This document shows positions 46,304-55,024 of a stretch of 64,000 nucleotides of DNA, in pieces. This stretch comes from Candidatus Dormiibacterota bacterium (GTDB taxonomy: Bacteria; Chloroflexota; Dormibacteria; Aeolococcales; Aeolococcaceae), in NCBI GenBank assembly GCA_035552595.1, contig DASZKZ010000032.1, positions 15,456 to 79,455 on the forward strand. The letters are read 5' to 3'. Made by a program: the position numbers and the translations under genes. The number at the start of each line of letters is the position of its first letter. Position 1 is the first letter of the stretch. The notes under the pieces were generated by a model. That model was not told the origin of the DNA, searched no databases, and saw only the letters and a list, made by a program, of their open reading frames with translations.

Positions 46304-46758
46304 GAAGCTTTGTACTTCGTCAGCCGGACGCGCAGACCACCGGTGCGCTCGTCGACCCTGTAACTGTGGTCGTCGACGAACAGCCCCATGAGCCGCAGCG
46401 CCAGATCGGTGGCGGCGGCCACCTCCTCGCGCTCCCGCTCGACCGCCTGGGCTACTGCCTGCGCCCTCACCGCAGCCGCCCTGGCGACCACCTCGCGGGC
46501 ACAGCTGCTGTGCACCTGCACCTCGAGGCGCGTTCCCTCGACGGTGAACGCCAGGCGGATCTGACCGGCGCCCACGCCACCCACCCGCAGGGCGCAGGCG
46601 ATGGCGTTCTCGCACGCCTGGGCGACGGCGATGGTCAGGTCGTGCACCGCTTCGACGTCGAAGCCCGCCACCGCGGCAAATGCCGAGGCGGCCCGCTTGG
46701 CGACGACGATGTACGCCGGGTCGGCCGGCAGACGGAGCTCAGATGTGGTCCGTGTCAT
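46300..46758 (-). CDS. RsbW-like anti-sigma factor (HATPase_c-like, degenerate ATP-binding boxes)
   Basis: LRLPADPAYIVVAKR...GFDVEAVHDLTIAVAQACENAI...GLRVRLTKY; directly upstream of the sigma gene. Confidence 0.8.
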   Translation of the reverse strand: MTRTTSELRLPADPAYIVVAKRAASAFAAVAGFDVEAVHDLTIAVAQACENAIACALRVGGVGAGQIRLAFTVEGTRLEVQVHSSCAREVVARAAAVRAQAVAQAVEREREEVAAATDLALRLMGLFVDDHSYRVDERTGGLRVRLTKYKAS

Positions 46759-46770
46759 CCTGGTTGAGAA

Positions 46771-46796
46771 GTACCCCCTGTCAGCGTTGGTCAAAC
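46771..46796 (-). promoter_or_regulatory. SigB/SigF-type promoter for the anti-sigma/sigma operon
   Basis: GTTT-N16-GGGTAC on the minus strand, 12 nt before the ATG. Confidence 0.6.
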
Positions 46797-46981
46797 GGTC
46801 GCCTGTCCACCTCGGGGCCCCCCAACGCCGCTTCGGCAGCATCCCGGCCCTGGGCGACGGCCAGATCGATCTCATCGGCCCGCTGCTGTGAGCGCTGGCG
46901 CTCGCCGGCGCGCCAGTAGACGATCACTCCCGCCACGGTGGCGGCGGCGATGAGACCCGAACGGCCGAAGGGAAAACGCAG
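46781..46981 (-). CDS. Putative small single-TM protein (CTG start inferred)
   Basis: LRFPFGRSGLIAAATVAGVIVYWRAGERQRSQQRADEIDLAV; GGAG 7 nt before CTG, with GATAAT upstream. Confidence 0.35.
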   Translation of the reverse strand: MRFPFGRSGLIAAATVAGVIVYWRAGERQRSQQRADEIDLAVAQGRDAAEAALGGPEVDRRPFDQR

Positions 46982-47010
46982 GGCGATGCTCCAGGTGGGC
47001 GGTGGCGGGA

Positions 47011-47274
47011 TTATCGACCACCCAGCCGTCGCGGGGCGGTGAGAGCCAGGCCGACCGCCTCGGCGAGCCCGATCCCGACCACGTCCGCCGCCGGGTGGAC
47101 GGTTCCCAGCACGGGGCCGCCGTGCCCGCTCAGAGCCACCAGCTCGGCCGCCAGCAAGCCCAGCGCCGCGCAGACCAGGGCCACCAGGTAGTTGCCGCGA
47201 CGCGGCACCAGGAGGCGGGTGAGCTGGGCCGCGATGGCCACGATCAGGACGGCGAGGACGATGCCGGGGCTCAC
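47011..47274 (-). CDS. Small hydrophobic membrane protein (about 3 TM)
   Basis: 87 aa, strongly hydrophobic; TAGGCT 6 nt upstream of the GTG. Confidence 0.65.
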   Translation of the reverse strand: MSPGIVLAVLIVAIAAQLTRLLVPRRGNYLVALVCAALGLLAAELVALSGHGGPVLGTVHPAADVVGIGLAEAVGLALTAPRRLGGR

Positions 47275-47332
47275 CGGCCCAGCCTAAGCGAGCCGGTGGA
47301 GAGCCGGCCTCGACGGGGTGGTCGGAACGACT

Positions 47333-47513
47333 AGCACCCGGCGGCCACGCCGTCCCGGGCTGAGCCCGAGTAACCAGGTGGGATCCCGCACGACGCCTTT
47401 CCCCATCCACGCGCACCGTGCGGAGGCCCGGGGTTGAGCGGACGAATATGAGGTTCCCGATGCGTTTGATGTTGGTCCAGCCGCGTATGGATGGCTGCGA
47501 CCAGCCGGGTGCC
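47333..47513 (-). ncRNA. ssrS: 6S RNA
   Basis: 181-nt rod with a GGCACCCGGC/GCCGGGUGCU closing stem, GGCUG/CAGCC and GGGAACC/GGAUCCC helices around a central bubble, and the 6S-like 3' motif GAUCCCACCUG...CGGGCUCA. TAGGAT lies 7 nt upstream. Located downstream of aspS. Confidence 0.82.
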
Positions 47514-47543
47514 GACGACGATCCTACCGCACCGTCCCCCGAT

Positions 47544-49337
47544 TCAACCCTCGCCGCGCGGCGCCCCGGGAGCGGCGCGCAGAGCCAGGCCGAGTTCGGC
47601 GAGCTGGGCCTCCTCCACGGGTGCGGGCGCCCCGGTCATGGGCTCCTGTGCCTGCTGGTTCTTGGGGAAGGCGATGACGTCGCGGATGTTGTCCTCGCCG
47701 AGCCCCTCCATGACCAGCCGCTCGACCCCGGCGGCGAACCCGCCGTGGGGCGGAACACCGTACTCGAACGCCTCAAGGAGAAAGCCGAACTTGCGCTGCG
47801 CCGCCTCGGCGTCGATCCCCATGGCGGCGAACACGCGCTCCTGCACCACGGGGTCGGTGATCCGGATGCTGCCGCTGCCGATCTCGCGGCCGTTGAGCAC
47901 GATGTCGTAGGCACGAGACCGGACGCGCAGGGGATCGCTTTCGAGCAGGTCGATGTCGTCGCGGTGGAGCATGGTGAAGGGATGGTGCAGAGGTGTCACC
48001 GCACCCGTCTGCTCATCGAGCTCGAACATGGGAAATTCGGTCACCCAGACCATCGCCAGCCGGTCGGGATCGGCGAGCGACCGCTCCCTGGCGAGGTGGG
48101 AGCGCAGCGCTCCCAGGGCCGCGGCCACCACCGCAGGCCGGTCGGCCACCATCAGCACGGCGTCACCGACATCCGCGCCGGTGCGGCTGCCGATGGCCTC
48201 GAGCTCGTGGGGGCTGAAGAACTTGGCGATGCCCCCCTCCCAGCCGTGGTCACGGCGCCACAGGTACGCCAGCCCGCGCGCCTTGAAGGTGCGCACCACG
48301 TCGGTGAGCCGTCCCTCGATGTCGCCCCGGGTGAGGTCGCCTCCGCCGGGGACGGCGATGCCCTTGACCACTCCGCCGGCGGAGACGGCGTCGGCGAAGA
48401 CGCGAAAGCCGCTGGAACGGACCGTTTCGGTGAGGTCGCGCAGCTCGACGCCGAAGCGCACGTCCGGCTTGTCGACCCCGTAGCGGTCCATGGCCTCGCG
48501 CCAGCTGAGGCGCGGGAATGGCGTGACGATCGTCCCGCGAAATCCGCTCGCCGACCATGCTGAGGAGATGGCCCGCTCGAGAACCGCGAAGACATCCTCC
48601 TCGTCGACGAACGACATCTCGAGGTCCAGCTGGGTGAACTCCGGCTGGCGGTCGGCGCGGAGGTCCTCATCACGCATGCAGCGTGCGATCTGGAAGTAGC
48701 GGTCGAGACCCGCGACCATGCAGAGCTGCTTGTAGAGCTGCGGTGACTGGGGCAGCGCGTAGAAGCTGCCGTGCTGGAGGCGGCTGGGCACCAGGTAGTC
48801 CCGCGCCCCCTCGGGTGTGGCCCGGATCATCATCGGAGTCTCGATCTCCATGAAGCCCATCTCCCCCATCACGCTGCGCAGGTGCGCGATGAACGTGGCC
48901 CGGGCTCGGAGGTTGCCCTGCAGGCGGGGGCGCCGCAAGTCGAGATAGCGGTGGCGCAGACGCAGCGACTCGTCGACATCCGCCTCCTCGTTGACCGGGA
49001 ACGGCGGCGTCCTGGCCACCGACAGCACTTCGCACTCGTCCGCATGCAGCTCCACCTCACCGGTGGCGAGACGGGGGTTGACGTTGTGCTCCTCCCGAGG
49101 GCGCAGGGCGCCGCGGACGCGCATCACATACTCGAGCCGCACGCCCTGGGTCGCGGCGTGGGCGGGCGGCGCTGCCTCGGGGTTGATGACCACCTGGAGC
49201 ACGCCACTGTGGTCGCGGAGGTCGAGAAAGATCAGCCCACCATGATCGCGACGGCGGTCCACCCATCCGTAGACAGTCATGACGGCGCCGGCGTCGGCGA
49301 CCCGCGGAGCTCCGCAGGGCGTCCGCTGGGTGCTCAA
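47544..49337 (-). CDS. aspS: Aspartate--tRNA ligase
   Basis: TTG start overlapping the hisS stop; GWVDRRRDHGG, TPEGARDYLVPSR, ALPQSPQLYKQ, RDEDLRADRQPEFTQ, PPHGG. Confidence 0.96.
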   Translation of the reverse strand: MSTQRTPCGAPRVADAGAVMTVYGWVDRRRDHGGLIFLDLRDHSGVLQVVINPEAAPPAHAATQGVRLEYVMRVRGALRPREEHNVNPRLATGEVELHADECEVLSVARTPPFPVNEEADVDESLRLRHRYLDLRRPRLQGNLRARATFIAHLRSVMGEMGFMEIETPMMIRATPEGARDYLVPSRLQHGSFYALPQSPQLYKQLCMVAGLDRYFQIARCMRDEDLRADRQPEFTQLDLEMSFVDEEDVFAVLERAISSAWSASGFRGTIVTPFPRLSWREAMDRYGVDKPDVRFGVELRDLTETVRSSGFRVFADAVSAGGVVKGIAVPGGGDLTRGDIEGRLTDVVRTFKARGLAYLWRRDHGWEGGIAKFFSPHELEAIGSRTGADVGDAVLMVADRPAVVAAALGALRSHLARERSLADPDRLAMVWVTEFPMFELDEQTGAVTPLHHPFTMLHRDDIDLLESDPLRVRSRAYDIVLNGREIGSGSIRITDPVVQERVFAAMGIDAEAAQRKFGFLLEAFEYGVPPHGGFAAGVERLVMEGLGEDNIRDVIAFPKNQQAQEPMTGAPAPVEEAQLAELGLALRAAPGAPRGEG

Positions 49338-50605
49338 CCGGCCGGCTCCTGCAGCGCGGCTCGCAGCTCCTGGGCCACCGCGTCGAGGGCGCTCTCGTCG
49401 TCGATCGTCTGCTGCACGCGTTTCTGAAGGTTGCGCAGCACCAGCCCGCCGTCGAGACCGACGATCAGGACCAGCAGCGCCCCGAGCCTGCCGGCGTCGC
49501 GCAGCTTCTTGTCGAGCTTGCGGTCGGTGAGGTCGGTGATCACCGAGGTGCGCTGGCGCAGCTCCCGGGCCAGTCCGCGCGCGCGCTCGGCTGCGTCCGG
49601 CCCCACTGTGCAGATCACCAGCTGCGCCTGCGGCTGGGGCGGCGGCGCCACGCCCTGGTCGGTGGCGATGCGGAGCAGCCGCTCGACTCCGAGCGCATAT
49701 CCCACGCCGGGCGTCGGCGGAAATCCCAGCTCCTCGGCCAGGCCGTCGTAGCGGCCGCCCCCTCCGAGCGCGTTCTGGGCACCCGCGAGCGATGTGTGCC
49801 AGAACTCGAACGCGGTGTCCGCGTAGTAGTCGAGGCCGCGCACCAGGCGCTGGTTGCGGGTGTGGGGCACGCCGGCTCCGTCCAGGTACGCGGTGACGGC
49901 CGCGAAGTACGCGCGGCTGAGCTCGCTGAGGTGGTCTCCCAGCAGAGGCGCGTCCTCGACGTACTGGATGTCCTTCTTGCAATCGAGCAGGCGCAGGGGA
50001 TTGACGTCGAGACGGCGCCGGCAGTCGGCGCACAGCGAGTCGCGAAGTGGCGTGTAGTAAGCGCGGAGCGCGTCACGGTAGCGGAGACGGTCGTCCCGGT
50101 CGCCCAGGCTGTTGATCTGCAGGACGACACCCTCGATGCGCAGCTCCGTCATGAATCGCCAGGCCAGCTCGATGACCTCGGCGTCGTAGCACGGGTCTCG
50201 CTCGCCGATGCACTCCACCCCGACCTGGTGGAACTGGCGACGCCGGAGGTCCTGAGGACGGTCGTAGCGGAACATCGCCATGGCGTAACGCACCCGCACC
50301 GGGCGGACCCGTTGATCGAGGTGCGCGCCCAGCACCGCGCGCAGCACCGGGGCGGTGCCCTCGGGGCGCAGGGTCAGCGATCGCCCCTTGTGGTCGCTGA
50401 AGGTGTACATCTCCTTGTCGACGATGTCGGTACCGCTGCCGACACCGCGGGCGAACAGCTCCGTGGACTCGAAGACAGGTGTGTCGATCAGCTGGTAGCC
50501 GTAGCCGCCGGCCATGGTGGCGTGCCCCTCGTGGAGCCATCGCCAGGCGGGCGCCTCGTCAGGCAGGAGGTCGTGGGTTCCCCGCGGCGGTGCGATCGGG
50601 CTCAT
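49334..50605 (-). CDS. hisS: Histidine--tRNA ligase
   Basis: PRGTHDLLP, KEMYTF, LRPEGTA, QFHQVGVE, LVRGLDYY, GGGRYDGL. Confidence 0.96.
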   Translation of the reverse strand: MSPIAPPRGTHDLLPDEAPAWRWLHEGHATMAGGYGYQLIDTPVFESTELFARGVGSGTDIVDKEMYTFSDHKGRSLTLRPEGTAPVLRAVLGAHLDQRVRPVRVRYAMAMFRYDRPQDLRRRQFHQVGVECIGERDPCYDAEVIELAWRFMTELRIEGVVLQINSLGDRDDRLRYRDALRAYYTPLRDSLCADCRRRLDVNPLRLLDCKKDIQYVEDAPLLGDHLSELSRAYFAAVTAYLDGAGVPHTRNQRLVRGLDYYADTAFEFWHTSLAGAQNALGGGGRYDGLAEELGFPPTPGVGYALGVERLLRIATDQGVAPPPQPQAQLVICTVGPDAAERARGLARELRQRTSVITDLTDRKLDKKLRDAGRLGALLVLIVGLDGGLVLRNLQKRVQQTIDDESALDAVAQELRAALQEPAG

Positions 50606-50718
50606 GGCCGACCGAGTGTACCGGCGCCCCGGCAACGACCGATCGACGGCCGTCGAGCCCAGAGCGGGGAGCACCGCCGAGAAGGAGGGCCTGGCCCTCT
50701 ACGCAGCCCTCTCCGTGG

Positions 50719-52860
50719 TCAGACCGCCTCTCGAGCGACCGTGTGCACGTCGCGCACGCCCTCGAGCCGTTCGAGCAGCCGGCTCAGCTGGGTGAGGTTG
50801 GCGATCTCGACGATGGTGGAGATCACGGCGGTGCGGTCGTCATAGACCTGGACGTCGGCCCCGGAGAGATTGATCTTGGATTCCGCGATCACGGCCGCGA
50901 TGTCGCGGAGCAGGCCGGTCCGGTCCCAGCCCTCGATCTTGATGCTGACCGGGTACACCTGGTCAATGCCGCGTTCCCACTCGACCTCGACGATGCGGTC
51001 GGGGTCGGCGGCGTTGCGGACGTTGACGCAGTCGGCACGGTGGACGGTGACGCCCTTGCCCCGCGTGATGTAGCCGCGGATCGCGTCTCCGGCCAGCGGC
51101 TTGCAGCATTGCGCGAGCGTGGTGAGCATGGCGGTCATGCCATGGACACGGACGTGCCCGTTGCTGGCCGGGGCGGCGCTGGTGAGGGGGATCCCCAGCA
51201 CGGTGGTCTCGCTGCTCTGGTCCGGGGATTCGCGGTCGCTGTAGCGCAGCACCACGCCACGCGCGCTGACGTCGCCGTAGCCGACCGCGGCCAGGAAGTC
51301 GTCGATGGTGTGGAACTTGAAGTCCTCGGCGAGCTCGAGGAGGCGATCGTCCTTGAGCGATCCGAGAGCCTGCTGACGGAGCCGCCGGAACTCCTTGTCG
51401 AGCTGCTCGCGCCCCTTCTGGACATTCTCCTCGCGACGCTCCTTCTTGAACCAGCTGCGGATCTTCTCCCGTGCGCTGCTGGTCTTGACGAAGCTCAGCC
51501 AGTCGCGGCTCGGTGCATGCGCGCCCTTGGTGGTCAGCACCTCCACGATGTCGCCGTTCTGGAGGCGATAGTCGAGCGGCACCATGCGGCTGTTGACCTT
51601 GGCGCCGATACAGTGGTGGCCCACGTCGGTGTGGACGCGGTAGGCGAAGTCCACAGGGGTGCTCCCCATGGGCAGCGAGCGCACGTCGCCCTTGGGGGTG
51701 AAGACGAAGACCTCGTCCTGGAAGATGTCGACCTTGACGGTGTCGACGAAGGCCTCGGCGTCGAGCACCTCCTTCTGCCAATCCATGAGCAGCCGCAACC
51801 ATCCGTAGCGCTCGTCGAAGCGGGTCTGCTGGGCCCCCTCCTTGTAATGCCAGTGGGCGGCTATGCCGTACTCGGCGGTGGTGTGCATCTCCTGGGTGCG
51901 GATCTGCACCTCCATGGGCTCGCCGGTGTGCGACACCACCGTGGTGTGCAGGGACTGATAGCCATTTCCCTTGGGCATGGCGATGTAGTCCTTGAAGCGA
52001 CCCGGGATCGGCTTCCACAGCGAGTGCACGGTGCCCAGCGCGCCATAGCAGTCCTTGATGGTCTCGACCAGGATGCGCAGGGCGATGAGGTCGTAGATCT
52101 CCTCGAAATCCTTGTGGGTCCGCTCCATCTTGTCGTGGATGCTGAAGATGTGCTTGGGCCGTCCGGAGATCTCCGCTGTGATCCCCAGCCGCTCGAACTC
52201 GCGGCGGAGGATCTCGGTGATGTCGCTGATGAAGCTGCCCCGCTCCTCGGCGGCCTTGCTCACCTTGGCGGCGACCGCCCGGTAGTTGTCGGGGTCGAGC
52301 TGCGCGAAGGCGAGATCCTCGAGCTCTCCCTTGACCTGCCAGATCCCCAGGCGATGGGCCAGCGGCGCATAGATGTCGAGCGTTTCGCGGGAGATGCGCA
52401 GGCGGCGCTCCTCGGTGTGGGCCTCGACGGTGCGCATGTTGTGGAGCCGGTCGCCGAGCTTGATGAGCACCACCCTGATGTCCTCGGCCATGGCCACCAG
52501 CATCTTGCGGATGTTCTCGGCCTGGGCCTGTTCGCGAGTGTGGACGTGGATCTTGCCCAGCTTGGTGACGCCGTCGACCAGCTTGGCGACGTGGTCGCCG
52601 AACTCCTCGCGGAGCTGCTCGCGGGTGACATCGGTGTCCTCGACGGTGTCGTGCAGGACGGCGGCGACCAGGGTGTCGGCGTCGAGGCGGAGGTCGGCGA
52701 GGATCCCGGCGACGGCCACGGGGTGGCTGACGTAGGGCTCGCCGCTGAGGCGCGACTGTCCCTGGTGGGCGCGCTCGGCCACCGTGTAGGCGCGCTGCAG
52801 CACCTCTCGCTCCTCCTCGCGGAGGTACGAGGCTTTGGAGAGGAGCTCGCTGATCACCAT
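50719..52860 (-). CDS. rel: Bifunctional (p)ppGpp synthetase/hydrolase Rel (long RSH)
   Basis: GEPYVSHP, LHDTVED (HD), RFKDYIAMPK, YQSLHT, EVQIRT, TGS (GAKVN) and ACT (DRTGLLRDI) domains. Confidence 0.95.
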   Translation of the reverse strand: MVISELLSKASYLREEEREVLQRAYTVAERAHQGQSRLSGEPYVSHPVAVAGILADLRLDADTLVAAVLHDTVEDTDVTREQLREEFGDHVAKLVDGVTKLGKIHVHTREQAQAENIRKMLVAMAEDIRVVLIKLGDRLHNMRTVEAHTEERRLRISRETLDIYAPLAHRLGIWQVKGELEDLAFAQLDPDNYRAVAAKVSKAAEERGSFISDITEILRREFERLGITAEISGRPKHIFSIHDKMERTHKDFEEIYDLIALRILVETIKDCYGALGTVHSLWKPIPGRFKDYIAMPKGNGYQSLHTTVVSHTGEPMEVQIRTQEMHTTAEYGIAAHWHYKEGAQQTRFDERYGWLRLLMDWQKEVLDAEAFVDTVKVDIFQDEVFVFTPKGDVRSLPMGSTPVDFAYRVHTDVGHHCIGAKVNSRMVPLDYRLQNGDIVEVLTTKGAHAPSRDWLSFVKTSSAREKIRSWFKKERREENVQKGREQLDKEFRRLRQQALGSLKDDRLLELAEDFKFHTIDDFLAAVGYGDVSARGVVLRYSDRESPDQSSETTVLGIPLTSAAPASNGHVRVHGMTAMLTTLAQCCKPLAGDAIRGYITRGKGVTVHRADCVNVRNAADPDRIVEVEWERGIDQVYPVSIKIEGWDRTGLLRDIAAVIAESKINLSGADVQVYDDRTAVISTIVEIANLTQLSRLLERLEGVRDVHTVAREAV

Positions 52861-52918
52861 CTCCCTGATCATGGTACCCGCGTCAGGGCGAGATCGAACT
52901 CGGTCCCGCACCAGGGTG

Positions 52919-54943
52919 TCAGCGGTGTGTCGACCTCGCGCGAAGGCTGGCCCGGCGCGGCCGGAGCCCGCTGAGGGCGGCACGGCCCGCCAGGGCGGCG
53001 CCGACATCCTCCAGCCCGGCGGCCACGGTCGGCTTGCCCAACCCGAAACCCTGCCCGAACTGGATGCCCGCCTCCTTCATGAGATCGGCGACGAACTCGT
53101 TCTCGACCCCCTCGGCGATGACCACCGCTCCGCTGGTGCGAGCGAAGGCCATGGTGGCCTCCATGGCGGCGTGTGACCCCATCCGGCTCGAGGTCATGGT
53201 CAGGCTTCGCCCCAGCTTGAGATATTCGCTTCCCGAGGAGGCGAGCAGCTCCAGGGTGGAGTGGCCCTCGCCGACGTCATCGAGCGCGAAACGGACTCGC
53301 TCCGCGCGGTATGACGCCAGGACGCGACGGAGCGCCGCGTAGTCGCGAATGCGCTCGTGCTCGGTGATCTCGATGACCACACTGCGCGGCGTCCGATCCA
53401 CCGATCTCAAGAGCAGCAGCAGCTGATCGACCCCATGGATGGGATCGAGGAGAGCGGCCGCGCTCATGTTGAGGAACAGGGCGGTCCCCATCGGCAGGGT
53501 CCTGGCGTCCTCGACCGCCCGTCGCCGGCAGACCCAGTCGAGATCGCGAATCTGGCCACCGACGCGGGCTGCTTCGAAGACGTCCTCCACGCTGTCCATG
53601 GCCGCAAACCCCTCTGGGCGCGCCAGGGCTTCGTAGCCCATCACCGTCCCGTCGACGAGGTTGACGATGGGTTGGAACATGGTGATGAGCGGGCCGCCGT
53701 CGAGGATTCGCATGACCACGTCGGAGTAGGACCTGTCCGCGATGTCGCCGGCCTCTCCGCGCTCGTAGGAGCAGCCCTCGACCCGATCGCCTCCGCCATG
53801 CTTGGCCTTATACAGGCTCTCATCGGCCCGCTGCCACACCGACACGGGGTCGGCGCCGGTGGGCGCAGCACTCCATCCGGCGGCGATGCGCACCGGCCCG
53901 CTGGGCAGCACCAGCGCGTGCACCGCCAGGCGCATGCGCTCGGCCACGAGCGCAGCACCGAACACGCCCACCCCGGGAAGCAGCGCCGCGAACTCGTCGC
54001 CGCCGACGCGCGCCAGCACGTCCCAACCACGCACCACCAGCCCCAGCGTGTTGCCAACCGTGCGCAGCAGCGCATCCCCGGCGGGGTGGCCGTAGGTGTC
54101 GTTGGTCTCCTTGAGACGGTCGACATCGATGGACAGCACAGCGAACGGCTCGCGCGGGATGGTGCGCAGGGCACGGTCGAACTCCCGGCGGTTCTTCAGG
54201 CCGGTGAGCGAGTCGGTCGAGGCCAGCGCGGAGAGCTCCCTGGCGGCTTCGTGGATGGCGCCTTCGGCGCGCACCCGCTCGAAGAAACGCCCGATGTGAT
54301 GGCAGGCGATGGGGATGGCGTCGAGCACGTCGCGGGCCGCGCGGTCCAGGCTCTCGCTGAAGACGACGAGCGCCCCCACCACTCCGATGCTGGTTCGGAT
54401 CGGGAAGGCCAGGCTCGTCCGCAGACCCAGGGCGTCGGCCTCGGCGCCGCGCTCTCCACCCGTGTTGGGGTCGCTCAGGGCGGTGCTGGATCCCCTTCCC
54501 GTGCGCACCACCCGTCCCACGAACGCCGGCGCGGCATCTCCGCTCAGGGGCCTGCCGGCAGCGTGGAAGGTCCGGGACTGGTGCGACCCATCGGACGATG
54601 AGTAGCGCAGCTCGACGTCACGAGCCTCACCCATGACCAGCCAGATCTCCCCAACGCGTCCGCCGAGCGCGGTCGTGACCATGTCGAGGCTCTGCTGGAT
54701 CGCGTCGTCCATGTCGGCTGACTCGTTGAAGAGGGTCAGCATGGCCAGCAACAGCGAATCGCCGCTGGCCATCGCCATGAGGTGAAGCTGCGGGTCGGCC
54801 CCGCCCGCGGTGAGGCGAACCCGGCTGTAGCCCCCGGTCCGAGCGAATCGCTCGGGAGCTGCGCGCACGTCCAATCGGTCGGGCCGGGGCATGGGCACAG
54901 GTGGTGGCCTCGTAGGGGGTGTTGGGGCAACGCCGTCGCTCAT
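52919..54943 (-). CDS. GAF-GGDEF-EAL c-di-GMP signalling protein
   Basis: GAF-like region; DVDRLKETNDTYGHPAGD, RxxD (RGWD), GGDEF; EAL, EITE, DDVGEG, AEGVE, QGF. Confidence 0.9.
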   Translation of the reverse strand: MSDGVAPTPPTRPPPVPMPRPDRLDVRAAPERFARTGGYSRVRLTAGGADPQLHLMAMASGDSLLLAMLTLFNESADMDDAIQQSLDMVTTALGGRVGEIWLVMGEARDVELRYSSSDGSHQSRTFHAAGRPLSGDAAPAFVGRVVRTGRGSSTALSDPNTGGERGAEADALGLRTSLAFPIRTSIGVVGALVVFSESLDRAARDVLDAIPIACHHIGRFFERVRAEGAIHEAARELSALASTDSLTGLKNRREFDRALRTIPREPFAVLSIDVDRLKETNDTYGHPAGDALLRTVGNTLGLVVRGWDVLARVGGDEFAALLPGVGVFGAALVAERMRLAVHALVLPSGPVRIAAGWSAAPTGADPVSVWQRADESLYKAKHGGGDRVEGCSYERGEAGDIADRSYSDVVMRILDGGPLITMFQPIVNLVDGTVMGYEALARPEGFAAMDSVEDVFEAARVGGQIRDLDWVCRRRAVEDARTLPMGTALFLNMSAAALLDPIHGVDQLLLLLRSVDRTPRSVVIEITEHERIRDYAALRRVLASYRAERVRFALDDVGEGHSTLELLASSGSEYLKLGRSLTMTSSRMGSHAAMEATMAFARTSGAVVIAEGVENEFVADLMKEAGIQFGQGFGLGKPTVAAGLEDVGAALAGRAALSGLRPRRASLRARSTHR

Positions 54944-55024
54944 GCCACGATGGCGCGCTCGGCGTTTTGCCGTCTGTTCGCAGCCGTACTCAGCGATCGG
55001 CTCGATACACGATCGTGTCAGGGC

